From an uncultured Pseudomonadota bacterium (lineage in GTDB: Bacteria; Pseudomonadota; Alphaproteobacteria; JACZXZ01): DNA of 64,000 nucleotides. Within the stretch, counting starts at the first letter, position 1. Each line of letters starts with the position of its first letter. Positions 20,574 through 30,383 of this stretch are shown piece after piece. Both the position numbers and the translations under genes were made by a program. Where the stretch lies: positions 192,001 to 256,000 of the forward strand of contig CAVVLJ010000020.1 in assembly GCA_963749075.1 (NCBI GenBank), given 5' to 3'. Under the pieces are notes generated by a model. That model did not search any database and was not told the origin of the DNA. It saw only the letters and a program-made list of their open reading frames with translations.

Positions 20574-20993
20574 TCACGCCTCATAGCCGAGCACCATGAC
20601 GCCAAGCGTTTCGCCGGCGGCGCGGAGCTGCCGATCAAGCGTCGCGAGCGGCAGCCTCCGCCTTTGTGCCAGTTCGAGATAGGCGGCATCATAGGTCGTG
20701 AGGCGGAATTGGTCGGCAAGCCGCAAGGTCGTCGTCCAGGCGTATATGTCGGTATCGGGATCGACCGCGATCGGCATGGCCGCGAGCTGGGCCAAGGTGC
20801 GGTCGCGAAACGAGGCGTCGATCCGCCCGCGCCGTATCGCACCCACGAATCCATTGGCGATTTCCAGCCGCCACAGGGCCGGGACCACGGCGCCAGCTTC
20901 GACGACCTGTTCGAGCACGGCGTCCGCCGCGGCGGTGCGCTCATCCTCGAAACACCAACTGAGCGCCAGTGACGCATCGAGCACTAGGCTCAC
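20574..20993 (-). CDS. vapC: VapC-family PIN toxin
   Basis: VLDAS...EIAN...YDAAYLELA...LATLD. Confidence 0.92.
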   Translation of the reverse strand: MSLVLDASLALSWCFEDERTAAADAVLEQVVEAGAVVPALWRLEIANGFVGAIRRGRIDASFRDRTLAQLAAMPIAVDPDTDIYAWTTTLRLADQFRLTTYDAAYLELAQRRRLPLATLDRQLRAAGETLGVMVLGYEA

Positions 20994-21232
20994 AGGCGCC
21001 CTTCGCCTATCAGGTCCTTGATCTTGACGCCCCCGAGCGTGACGCCCCGGCTCATCTCGCGGATACGCCGAGCAGCTTCGCGCGCCGCCTCTCGATTGAT
21101 GGCACCTTTGGGCGGCACTAAGCGCGCAACTTCCTTGCCATGTCGTGTGATGACGATCTCCTCGCCGCGCTCGACTTGATCGAGCAGCGCGCTAAGGGTG
21201 TTCTTGGCTTCGAAAGCCCCTACTTCCTTCAT
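20990..21232 (-). CDS. Phd/YefM-family antitoxin
   Basis: VGAFEAKNTLSALLDQVERGEEIVITRHGK; overlaps the vapC start. Confidence 0.92.
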   Translation of the reverse strand: MKEVGAFEAKNTLSALLDQVERGEEIVITRHGKEVARLVPPKGAINREAAREAARRIREMSRGVTLGGVKIKDLIGEGRL

Positions 21233-21246
21233 GGCGTCCAAATTTA

Positions 21247-21265
21247 AGCTAGATGACAGCTAGCT
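21247..21265. promoter_or_regulatory. Putative TA autoregulatory operator
   Basis: AGCTAG-N7-CTAGCT inverted repeat just upstream of the antitoxin start. Confidence 0.45.
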
Positions 21266-21330
21266 GCCTATAACGAAACGGTGCGCGAAGGTCAAGAACG
21301 AAATTGGAATTCAGGCTACGGTGCGGACGC

Positions 21331-21957
21331 TCATTTCTTCACCCCGAGGCCGCGCATGAAGCGGTCGCGGATCTGCGCCGGGTCGCGCTCGGTCTGGCCC
21401 TTGGACGGTCGGTCGTCGATGCGCGCCGCGATGAGCCACGGCCCGTCCTCGGCGAGCGCCCGTGCTGCGAGCTGCTCGAAGTCGCTCTCGTCGGCCGCCC
21501 AGGCGCTCTTCGCGATGCCGGCGCCGCGCGCGATCGCCGCGATGTCGGCGCCGAAGGCGGTCGCGGTCGGCTGCGCGCCGGTGATCTGATAGATGCCGTT
21601 GTCCATCACCACGATGGCGAGGTTCTTGGCAAGGCCCCTCTGGCCCAGCATGGCGATGGTGGCGAGGCAGCCGAGCTGCATGAGAAGCGAGCCGTCGCCC
21701 TCGAGTGCGATGACGCGGCGCTCGGGCTGCGCCAGGGCCACGCCGAGTGCTATCGGGCAGGCGAGCCCCATGCTGCCGAGCATGTAGAAGTTCTGCGGCC
21801 GCCGCCCGGCGGCCCACAAGTCGAAGTTGGTGTTGCCGATGCCGCCGATGACCGCCTCCTCGTGGGCGAGGAGTGCCACGAGGCGCTCGGTGAGGTCGGC
21901 GCGGTTCATCACCTTGGTGTTGCCGGGCCGGCTTGGGACGATCTCGCTCGCGGTCAT
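21331..21957 (-). CDS. TPP-dependent decarboxylase beta subunit (ComE / phosphonopyruvate decarboxylase-like)
   Basis: NFYMLGSMGLA and EGDGSLLM...DN TPP-binding motif. Confidence 0.85.
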   Translation of the reverse strand: MTASEIVPSRPGNTKVMNRADLTERLVALLAHEEAVIGGIGNTNFDLWAAGRRPQNFYMLGSMGLACPIALGVALAQPERRVIALEGDGSLLMQLGCLATIAMLGQRGLAKNLAIVVMDNGIYQITGAQPTATAFGADIAAIARGAGIAKSAWAADESDFEQLAARALAEDGPWLIAARIDDRPSKGQTERDPAQIRDRFMRGLGVKK

Positions 21958-21965
21958 CGGCGGCC

Positions 21966-22511
21966 TCACGCGGTGAAGACCTTGCCGCCCGTCAAGAGCG
22001 GCGAGAGGATGAGCGCCGCCGGCGCCTGGGTGGCGATCGCCTGCTTGATCGAGCGGTCGATGACGAACTCGACCTCGTCGAGCCGGGCGAGCGTGTGGTG
22101 CTCGACGGCGAGCGCCTCCAGCACCGGGCGCATGGTGCGGCACACGAGCGCCTGGCCGAGGTTGAACTCGCCGAGCGTGCCGCGCTCGGAGACGATCATG
22201 AGGAGCGGGATCTGGAAGGGGAGAGCGAGAGAGGCGATGGCGTTCGGCAAGGTGGCGAAGCCGCTCGTCTGCATCAGAACGACGCCGCGCACGCCCGCCA
22301 TCCAGGCGCCGGCGACGATGCCGACCGCCTCCTCCTCGCGGGTGGTCGGCACGGCGGTGAAGAAGGCGTCGTCATGGATGCTCTTGATGAGCGGGGTGAG
22401 CACGCGGTCGGGGACGTAGGTCACGAGGCGCACCTGGTTGCGCTTGAGGGTCTCGTGCACGATCGCGTGCCAGGTGCGGCCCGCCGACCCGTCCCCGCCG
22501 TCCTTCGCCAC
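21966..22511 (-). CDS. TPP-dependent decarboxylase alpha subunit (ComD-like)
   Basis: YVPD, REEEAVGIVAGA, MQTSG, SERG. Confidence 0.85.
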   Translation of the reverse strand: MAKDGGDGSAGRTWHAIVHETLKRNQVRLVTYVPDRVLTPLIKSIHDDAFFTAVPTTREEEAVGIVAGAWMAGVRGVVLMQTSGFATLPNAIASLALPFQIPLLMIVSERGTLGEFNLGQALVCRTMRPVLEALAVEHHTLARLDEVEFVIDRSIKQAIATQAPAALILSPLLTGGKVFTA

Positions 22512-22553
22512 TGCCCGCCTCCTCTTCGGTCTACGTCCGCAAGGGCCGGCGTT

Positions 22554-22859
22554 TCAATGCGCCTTGGCCGCGATCTCCGCGAGTGCCGTGTCGATATCGC
22601 CCGTGGTCAGGCGCCAGGAATTGTCGAGCGCGGCCACCACGAAGCGCATGAAGCTCCCGTGGAGGGCGAGCGCCTTCTTGTCGTCGCCGAGATGATCGGC
22701 GAGGAGGGCGAGCGCCAGCTGCGCGGGGCCGGCACCCTCGTAGGTCCATTCGAAGCCGGTCGGCGAGAGCCTGGCGAGGTCGTAGCGCGGGGAGAGCGCC
22801 TTGCCGTCGACCGTCACCGTCGCCCCCTCGAGGAAGCGCGCCCCTTCATAGACCTTCAC
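22554..22859 (-). CDS. Conserved hypothetical protein (DUF6166-like)
   Basis: SPTGFEWTYEGAGPAQLALALLADH motif. Confidence 0.7.
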   Translation of the reverse strand: MKVYEGARFLEGATVTVDGKALSPRYDLARLSPTGFEWTYEGAGPAQLALALLADHLGDDKKALALHGSFMRFVVAALDNSWRLTTGDIDTALAEIAAKAH

Positions 22860-22886
22860 GCGGCACCTCTTTAATTCCCGCCGATG

Positions 22887-24230
22887 CTAAAGCGCAACCC
22901 CGTCCCGCCGCAACTCCGCGCGCAGCGCGCATCCGTCGATCGCCCGCGGCGCCGTGCCCTCGAGCGCCGCGATGGCCGCGGCGGTGCCGACCGCCTGGCC
23001 GTAGCCGAAGCACTGGGCGGTCACGCGCGCCGACGCCATCGCCTCGTGCTCGGCCGAGAGGCAGCGGCCTGCCACAAGCAGGCCCTCGCCCCTCTCCGGC
23101 ACGAAGCATTCGTAAGGTATCTCGTAAACGTCGTCGAGCAGCCAGACGAGGCGGGGCTTCTCGCCGCTGTGGAGCTCGATCGGCCAGGCCGAGCGCGCGA
23201 CGGCGCTCGGCCATTTGCGCGCGGCGAGGATGTCCTCGTTGCGCAGGAGCGCCTTCCCCCGCACCTGGCGCGTCTGGCGCACGCCGACCTGCACGCCGGT
23301 GTCGTTGACGAAGGCGTTCTCGCAGCCGGGCAGGCGGTCGCGGAAGAAGCGGGCGTATTCGCGTACCTGGCGGCGGCCCTGTATCTCGGCCTCGGTGATG
23401 TCGGCGACCAGGAGAGGATTGAGCTCGCGGCCGTCGCGCCCGAGGATGCGCGTCGCATTGCAGAGGAGCTCGCCCGGCCGCGGCGTCGGGAAGAGGAAGA
23501 TCTTGGCGCGCGGCAGCGCGTAGTCGTGGGAATTGTGCAGGCTGCGGATCATCTGCGAGACGTTCTCGCCGAGGATGCTGTCCTCGCCGAAGGTGGCGCG
23601 GAAGCGTTCCACGTCGACGCCCATGAGGCGGAACATCATCGTCGGGTTCTGCACCTGGCCGTCCTGGCCCATGAAGGTGGGGAGGCCCGCGAGTGCCGCC
23701 ACGTCCGCGTCGCCGCTCGCGTCGACCGTGACCTTGGCGGCGAGCGCCATGCGGCCCTCCTTGCTCCACGCCACGACGCCGCCGACGCGCGCCTCGCCGT
23801 CCGCGAGGGTGTCGATCACGGTCGAGTGGAGGAAGAGGCGGACGCCCGCCTCCTCGAGGAGGAAATCGGCGGCCTCGCGCCAGACGAGGGGATCGTGCAC
23901 GCGCGTGAAAGTCTTGCCGTAGCGCACGGGCGGGGTGAGGCCGCCGCGGCTCTCGAGGAGGGCCGCGAACTCGTCGACGAAGCCGCTCGCCACCTTGCGC
24001 GGCGGCGCCGCGGGATCGTCGCTCGCCTCGTAGAGCCCGCAGAGCGTGCCCGAGAGGCCGGCCACGGCGGCACCTCCGCAGAAGCCGTAGCGCTCGACGA
24101 GGATGACATTGGCGCCCTTGCGCGCGGCCGTCACTGCCGCGGCGACGCCGGCAGCACCTCCGCCCACCACGAGCACGTCGCAGGCGAAGCGCCCTTGCGG
24201 CCGGCAGTCGCGGGCGCGGATCGCCTCCAT
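22887..24230 (-). CDS. FAD-dependent oxidoreductase (FAD_oxidored family)
   Basis: VVGGGAAG, DASGDAD, GVRQTR, AGRCLS, RVTAQCFGYGQAVG. Confidence 0.9.
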   Translation of the reverse strand: MEAIRARDCRPQGRFACDVLVVGGGAAGVAAAVTAARKGANVILVERYGFCGGAAVAGLSGTLCGLYEASDDPAAPPRKVASGFVDEFAALLESRGGLTPPVRYGKTFTRVHDPLVWREAADFLLEEAGVRLFLHSTVIDTLADGEARVGGVVAWSKEGRMALAAKVTVDASGDADVAALAGLPTFMGQDGQVQNPTMMFRLMGVDVERFRATFGEDSILGENVSQMIRSLHNSHDYALPRAKIFLFPTPRPGELLCNATRILGRDGRELNPLLVADITEAEIQGRRQVREYARFFRDRLPGCENAFVNDTGVQVGVRQTRQVRGKALLRNEDILAARKWPSAVARSAWPIELHSGEKPRLVWLLDDVYEIPYECFVPERGEGLLVAGRCLSAEHEAMASARVTAQCFGYGQAVGTAAAIAALEGTAPRAIDGCALRAELRRDGVAL

Positions 24231-24332
24231 GGGCTCGCCCTTCTCCCCGATAGCTCGCGCCGGCTCCAGTTTCGTTGACACCGCGCGCGCAACGCAGCCA
24301 ATCTCCTGCTGCGACCGGCTCCTCCCACCATC

Positions 24333-24536
24333 ATGGCGCACCCCATGTCCGGCCTCAAGAAGCTGCGCGCAACCTTTGAGGTCTATCCCAATTCCTACGA
24401 GATGCCGCTCGAGATCGCCCGGCGCCACGGCCTGCCGGACGCCTCCAAGGCGCTGCGCTGCCTGCTCGACTACGCGGCAACCGACGGCCATTGGGAGAGG
24501 ATCTTCGGCAAGCCGCGCTGCCGGCGCCGCGGCTGA
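24333..24536 (+). CDS. Small hypothetical protein, possible ribbon-helix-helix
   Basis: Strand-helix-helix pattern (ATFEVY...SKALRCLLDYA); fills the gap between genes. Confidence 0.55.
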   Translation: MAHPMSGLKKLRATFEVYPNSYEMPLEIARRHGLPDASKALRCLLDYAATDGHWERIFGKPRCRRRG

Positions 24537-24548
24537 GCCCCTTTGCGC

Positions 24549-25469
24549 TCAGCCCGCGTAGGCGCGGACCGGCTCGCCCTCGCCCCAATCCTCTTCTTGC
24601 TGGAGGGCAAAGATCGAGCTGTAGCCGCCCGACCAGTCGGGCGGCAGCAGGCAAGGCCGCGGGTCGTGATGCGCCCAGCGCGCCGGATTGCCGCGCACGA
24701 TCGTCTCGCGGTAGCGCGATTGCAGCGGGTTGAAGGTGTAGGGGATGGCGTCGGCCGAGGAATAGGTGACGAGGAAGAGCGGGCGGCCTTCGTGGGACTC
24801 GTTCGGCTTGGAGCCGTGGATGGTGCGGCAATTGTGGATGGTGAGCGAGCCCGCGGGGCCCGGGAGATAGACCGCCTCGGCCACATTGGCGCGCGCGAGA
24901 TCGGCGTCCGAGAGGCGGCCGAGCCATTGGCGCTTCTCGTTGTACTGGTCGAAGAGCTCGCCCAGGTGGCTCTTGGGGATGACGCCCAAGGGCCCTTGCG
25001 CCTCGCCGCAGTCGTAGAGATAGGTGCCGACGGTGAGCGGCGAATAGTTGGTGTGCGGCCAGAACTGGATGTCCTGGTGCCACTTCACTTCCGAGCCGCC
25101 CTCGGAGGATTTGAAGTTGAGCTTCGAGTGGTGGAACTTCACGTCGGGACCTAAGAGATCGGCGACGATCTCGACGAGGAGGGACTTGGATGCATAGTCC
25201 CAATAGGCGGCATCGTGGTCGCATGGGCTCGAGAGCCGGCGGAGCTTGGGCCGCTGAGCGCTGTGGCCGGGCTCGAGGTCCCACACCGCGTCCGACTTGG
25301 CGAGCGCCCGCGTCTCCTCGACCTTCTCCGCGGTCACCGCGCGGAGCCGCTCGATGGTCTCGCGCGGCACGATGCGCTCGAGGAGGAGATAGCCGTTCTC
25401 GAAATAGAACTCGCGCTGCTTCCGGCTCAGCACGTTGGGCTTGTGGGCAAGCACTTCTCCGGGAGTCAT
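24549..25469 (-). CDS. Phytanoyl-CoA dioxygenase family Fe(II)/2OG oxygenase
   Basis: KLNFK, WHQD, HGSKPN...R. Confidence 0.9.
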   Translation of the reverse strand: MTPGEVLAHKPNVLSRKQREFYFENGYLLLERIVPRETIERLRAVTAEKVEETRALAKSDAVWDLEPGHSAQRPKLRRLSSPCDHDAAYWDYASKSLLVEIVADLLGPDVKFHHSKLNFKSSEGGSEVKWHQDIQFWPHTNYSPLTVGTYLYDCGEAQGPLGVIPKSHLGELFDQYNEKRQWLGRLSDADLARANVAEAVYLPGPAGSLTIHNCRTIHGSKPNESHEGRPLFLVTYSSADAIPYTFNPLQSRYRETIVRGNPARWAHHDPRPCLLPPDWSGGYSSIFALQQEEDWGEGEPVRAYAG

Positions 25470-25486
25470 GGAGCGTGTCCTCCTCT

Positions 25487-25702
25487 TCAGAGATCGGCGA
25501 GCCGGACCCAGACCGCAAGGCTCGTCCCGAGGACGAGGCCGCTGACGGCACTTGCCACGCTGAGGCCGCCGGCGAGCGCCACGGTGAGGGCGAAGACGCC
25601 GCAGCCGGAGGCGATGCCGCCGATGAGCGAGACGCGCGAGCGCTTGAGCCGGCCCGCGGGCGCCGCCTTGAGGCCGCCTTCCTTGAGGATTGCGGCGCTC
25701 AT
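25487..25702 (-). CDS. Small membrane protein
   Basis: Two hydrophobic segments; ATGA overlap with the upstream desaturase. Confidence 0.6.
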   Translation of the reverse strand: MSAAILKEGGLKAAPAGRLKRSRVSLIGGIASGCGVFALTVALAGGLSVASAVSGLVLGTSLAVWVRLADL

Positions 25703-26460
25703 GCGCGCACCACGGCGATCACCGCCTCGTCGGCACCGGCCTTGGTCCGCTTGAGATCGCGCTTCACGTAGCGGCGGTCGTAGCCGTTGAAGATGTGGCC
25801 CAAGAGGCCGCGCTCGAGGTCCGTGGTGCCGAACAGCCAGTCGGCGATCGGGTAGGTGAGATTCATGTTCATGTCCATCATGATCGCCGGGTTGTGATGG
25901 GCGATGTGATGGCGGCGGATGGTGTTGGCGAAGGGCAGGCGCCGCACGATGCGGTCGTCCTTGACGTGGCAGCACCAGTGGAAGAACTCGTAGTTGAGGT
26001 ACATGAAGACGGTGGTGCACATGAGGAGCCAGCCCGCGTTCGCCGACCACAGCCAGCCCACGGCGAGAGCCGGCGGGATGGATAGTGCGATGAAGGTGAC
26101 GAGCGCATAGGGCGGGAAGAAGGTGATGCGGAAGTCGCGGCTGTCGTCGATGGTGGGCGCCTTGTCGGTGAAGAACTGGTGGTGCGCCAGCGTGTGGCGG
26201 CGGTAGATGCCCATGAAGCCCTTGACCGGCCGGTGCATGACGAAGCGGTGGATCCACCACTCGAAGACGTTGGTGGCGAGGAAGACGAGCGGCACAATGA
26301 GCCAGTCGGTCCGGAGAGGCGCCCGGATGTGCGGGATGTAATAGGCGAGCGCCGCCAAGCCTATGGCATAGATCACCGCGACATGGAGCCAGCCGTTGTA
26401 CCACGGCGAGATCCGCGGCCGATAATCGGCGCGAAACGCCTCTTGCCGCCTGGGCATCAT
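25699..26460 (-). CDS. Sterol desaturase/fatty acid hydroxylase family di-iron membrane enzyme
   Basis: His boxes HRFVMH, HTLAHH, HWCCH, HHIAHH. Confidence 0.88.
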   Translation of the reverse strand: MMPRRQEAFRADYRPRISPWYNGWLHVAVIYAIGLAALAYYIPHIRAPLRTDWLIVPLVFLATNVFEWWIHRFVMHRPVKGFMGIYRRHTLAHHQFFTDKAPTIDDSRDFRITFFPPYALVTFIALSIPPALAVGWLWSANAGWLLMCTTVFMYLNYEFFHWCCHVKDDRIVRRLPFANTIRRHHIAHHNPAIMMDMNMNLTYPIADWLFGTTDLERGLLGHIFNGYDRRYVKRDLKRTKAGADEAVIAVVRA

Positions 26461-26519
26461 GGGACGCCTCCCTCGCTTTTTTGCGCGGGCGAGATCCGCG
26501 CACTCACAACGCCTCGCTA

Positions 26520-26608
26520 TCCCTCACCCGGCTCGCTGCGCTCGCCACCCTCTCCCGCAAGCGGGAGAGGGAAGGGGCCCATCGCGAAGCGATGGGAAGG
26601 GTGAGGGA
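26520..26608. repeat. REP-like element, family B
   Basis: Near-identical to 6968-7056. Confidence 0.88.
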
Positions 26609-26651
26609 CTGCCGGCTGACCGCTGGAATGCGGAAGCCGTGCCGGCACAAC

Positions 26652-26668
26652 ATATACGTCTAGTATAT
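26652..26668. promoter_or_regulatory. Putative operator (possibly GntR-type)
   Basis: ATATAC-N5-GTATAT inverted repeat in an AT-rich patch upstream of the desaturase operon. Confidence 0.45.
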
Positions 26669-26829
26669 TAGACGAGCGCCTGTCAAGCGGCTGCTGGGCG
26701 TGCTGGCCCGAGCCGGAACCGTGCGCGGTCGAGCGGACACAGAGCTTGGACAAGCGACAATTGTCACTCTATGACCCTAGAATGATGCCGCGACTTCGCA
26801 TCGCGGGTTGCGGCGGCGCCGAGCAAGAC

Positions 26830-27138
26830 ATGACCATGCACAATCCACCCCATCCTGGCCTCTCCGTCCGGCACGATTGCCTCGAGCCGCTCGCCTTAAG
26901 CGTGACCGAGGGTGCCAAGGCGCTCGGCGTCACGCGGCAGGCGCTCAACAACCTGGTGAACGGCAAGAGCGGCATATCGGCGGAGATGGCCGTGCGGCTC
27001 GACAAGGCCTTTGGCGGCGGGGCCAACACCTGGCTGCGGCTCCAGATGGCCTATGACTTGGCCGAGGTTCATCGGCGCAAGGGCGAAATTCCCGTGAGGC
27101 GGGTGCGGCGTCCTGGGCACGACGAGACACGGCCGTAG
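26830..27138 (+). CDS. higA: HigA-family antitoxin (orphan)
   Basis: MHNPPHPG...[26 protein letters not shown]...[10 protein letters not shown]. Confidence 0.9.
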   Translation: MTMHNPPHPGLSVRHDCLEPLALSVTEGAKALGVTRQALNNLVNGKSGISAEMAVRLDKAFGGGANTWLRLQMAYDLAEVHRRKGEIPVRRVRRPGHDETRP

Positions 27139-27165
27139 CACGGAAGCACGGAGGTTGCAGCGGCT

Positions 27166-27363
27166 TCAGACCTTGGTCTGCTCGGCCGCCGCCTTGCGCC
27201 GGGCCTCGCGCGCCCGCCTGATCGGTGCTACGCGCGCGCGCATGCGCTCGAGGATGTCGAGCTTCTGGCCGAAGGACAGCGCCGCACTTTCCCGCCGCCC
27301 CTCGGCCTTGCGGGCGAGGATGTCGGAGATATCGGGGTAGCTCTTCGCGCGAGGACGCTTCAT
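27166..27363 (-). CDS. Small basic helical hypothetical protein
   Basis: Starts 5 nt after the NTase-like gene stop; LARKAEGRRESAALSFGQKLDILERMR. Confidence 0.6.
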   Translation of the reverse strand: MKRPRAKSYPDISDILARKAEGRRESAALSFGQKLDILERMRARVAPIRRAREARRKAAAEQTKV

Positions 27364-27368
27364 GGCGG

Positions 27369-27938
27369 TCATTTTACAGCGCAAGGATCTCGGATGCCAC
27401 TCCGACGGCAGAAACTGGACAACGAACCCCTGAGATTATGGCGCTCCAGTATCTTGCAGAGGGCGCCAAGATCGACCGCCCGCTCCTCCAGGAGCTGACT
27501 GATGCGGACAAGGTCCTTTGCGCGCCCGACTCTGAGCGCGGTCGCGACAACATGCTCGGCATGAAGGATTCTGGCCTTGACCGGAGGCTCGCCGCTGCCA
27601 CGCTCGATCTCGATCTCCGCCGCCTCTTCAAGGCCTTCCGCATCGAGATCGTCGGCTAGCGGGAGGAACTGGACGGGCCAGCCCTCGATGACGATGCCCT
27701 GCTTGGTGAATTCCGTATAACCGCGCTTACGCAGGTAGGCGAAAATGGGCTCAAGCGTTACTAAGCCCGTGGCGGGCGGACCAACGCCACCGTCGATCGC
27801 GACCAGAATATCCAGATCGTCGGTCAGCGTCGGCTCGATGTAGTTGAGCGCGGCGACGGCGCCGCAGATCGCATAGCTCTCGATGACGCGATGCTCGACC
27901 ATCTCGTTGATCACGCGGATGGTTTTTCTCAAGCTCAT
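27369..27938 (-). CDS. Pol-beta-superfamily nucleotidyltransferase-like protein
   Basis: YAICGAVA...TDDLDILV (G-A + DxD) and C-terminal GRAKD. Confidence 0.7.
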   Translation of the reverse strand: MSLRKTIRVINEMVEHRVIESYAICGAVAALNYIEPTLTDDLDILVAIDGGVGPPATGLVTLEPIFAYLRKRGYTEFTKQGIVIEGWPVQFLPLADDLDAEGLEEAAEIEIERGSGEPPVKARILHAEHVVATALRVGRAKDLVRISQLLEERAVDLGALCKILERHNLRGSLSSFCRRSGIRDPCAVK

Positions 27939-27972
27939 CGCCGTCCTCTAAAGGCCAACACGCTGTACCCCT

Positions 27973-28668
27973 TCACGTATCCGCCAGCGTCGCCCTTGTG
28001 AAGCTCTCGATATAATCCATCAGCCGGTCGGAGGCGGCCGCCGCCTCGCGCTCGTCGCCGGCGGCGATCGCGCGGGCGATGTCGGCGTGGAGGCGCGCCG
28101 CTTGCGGCAAGTCCGCCACCTCCTTGTAATGGATGTACCAGAAGCGGCGCGAGAGGCCGTGCATGAGGGTCATGGCGCCGGCCGCGTATTCGTTGCGCGC
28201 CGCCTCGAGGACGAGGAGGTTGAAGGCGCGGTCGAGACGCATGAAGGTGGCGTCGTCGTCGCTTCCCGCGGAGCGCTCCATGCCGGCGACGATGCGGCTG
28301 AAGGCGTCGCGCTGCGGCTGCGTGGCGCGCCTCGCCGCCGAGCGGGCGAGCAGTCGCTCGAGCTCGCGGCGGACCTCGAGGAGGCGGAGCTGGCTCCGCA
28401 CATTGACCTCGGAGACGAAGACGCCGCGCCGCGGCATGATCACCACCAGGCGCTCGCGGGCCAGGCGCTGGAGGGCCTCGCGGATCGGCATGCGGCCGAT
28501 GCCGAGCGACTTCGAGAGGATGGCCTCGGAGACCACGGCGCCGGGTGCCAGGCGCAGCGTCACGATCTGCTCCTCGAGCGCGCGGTAGGCGCGCTCGGCC
28601 AGCGTCTCGAGCTCCTGGGCCGCCTCGCCTTTCTCCCCGGGCCGCCTCGCCTTCTGTGCCGTGGTCAT
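27973..28668 (-). CDS. GntR-family regulator (FCD domain)
   Basis: wHTH (LGIGRMPIREALQRL...PRRGVFV), FH-like C-terminal region. Confidence 0.93.
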   Translation of the reverse strand: MTTAQKARRPGEKGEAAQELETLAERAYRALEEQIVTLRLAPGAVVSEAILSKSLGIGRMPIREALQRLARERLVVIMPRRGVFVSEVNVRSQLRLLEVRRELERLLARSAARRATQPQRDAFSRIVAGMERSAGSDDDATFMRLDRAFNLLVLEAARNEYAAGAMTLMHGLSRRFWYIHYKEVADLPQAARLHADIARAIAAGDEREAAAASDRLMDYIESFTRATLADT

Positions 28669-28708
28669 CGCCCTTTGCCCTCCCGGGCCCTCGTGGGCCG
28701 CTGCCGGC

Positions 28709-29650
28709 TCACGCCTGCTTGCGCCGCTCGACGAGGGTGAGGAACTTCTCGTACTCCGCCTCGTTTACCGTATAGCTGTGCTCGTCGTCGGGGAACTTGC
28801 CCGTCTTGACCTCCTCGACGTAGCGCCGGATGCCGTCCACCGCGACCTCGGTCAGGTTGCCGAAGCGCTTGGTGAACTTGGGCTTGAAGTCGGTGAAGAC
28901 GCCGAGGAGGTCGTAGCACAGCAGTATCTGGCCGTCGGTGCCCGCACCGGCGCCGATCCCGATGGTCGGTATCTCGAGCTCGCGCGAGATCACGGTCGCG
29001 ATCGGCGCCGGCACCGCCTCGAACTCGAGCATGAAGCAACCGGCGTCCTGGATGGCGAGCGCGTCCTCGAGTATCTTGAAGGCATCTGCCGCGGTGCGGC
29101 CCTGGATGCGGAAGCCGCCGAACATGGCGACGGTGTGCGGCGTAAGGCCGATGTGCGAGGCGGTCGGGATGCCGGCGTCGACGAGCGCCTTCAGGATATG
29201 CGCCTGGCTCTTGCCGCCCTGGGGCTTGACCGCGTCGCAGCCGGCCTCCTGCATGAAGCGCGTCGCGTTCCGGAGCGCTCTGTCGACGGTGTTGTAGCTC
29301 TGATAGGGCATGCAGCCGAGGACGAAGGTGTCGGGCGCGCCGCGCCGGACGGCGAGCGAATGCAGCACCATCATGTCCATGGTGGCGGGGATGGTGTTGG
29401 GATGGCCGTGGGCGACCATGGCGAGGCTGTCGCCCACCACCGCCACATCGACGCCGCCCATCTCGGCCCAGCGCGCCGAGGTATAGTCGGGCACCGACAT
29501 ATAGACCATCTTCTCGCCGCTCATCTTCGACTCGCGGATCTCGCCGATGGTGCGCTTCTTGCGCGCGGGCTTCGCCGATGTGGGTTTGGCCTCGCCGGCC
29601 TTGGGTGCGGGCGTGGCCGCCGCCTTGCCCGCTTTCGGTTTGCTGCTCAT
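28709..29650 (-). CDS. PanB-family hydroxymethyltransferase, divergent paralogue 1
   Basis: VGDSLAM, HIGLTP, GGFRIQGR, IGIGAG, DGQIL. Confidence 0.88.
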   Translation of the reverse strand: MSSKPKAGKAAATPAPKAGEAKPTSAKPARKKRTIGEIRESKMSGEKMVYMSVPDYTSARWAEMGGVDVAVVGDSLAMVAHGHPNTIPATMDMMVLHSLAVRRGAPDTFVLGCMPYQSYNTVDRALRNATRFMQEAGCDAVKPQGGKSQAHILKALVDAGIPTASHIGLTPHTVAMFGGFRIQGRTAADAFKILEDALAIQDAGCFMLEFEAVPAPIATVISRELEIPTIGIGAGAGTDGQILLCYDLLGVFTDFKPKFTKRFGNLTEVAVDGIRRYVEEVKTGKFPDDEHSYTVNEAEYEKFLTLVERRKQA

Positions 29651-29678
29651 GGCTTCCTCCTCCGCGAAGGCGCCCGCC

Positions 29679-30375
<697 letters not shown>

Positions 30376-30383
<8 letters not shown>

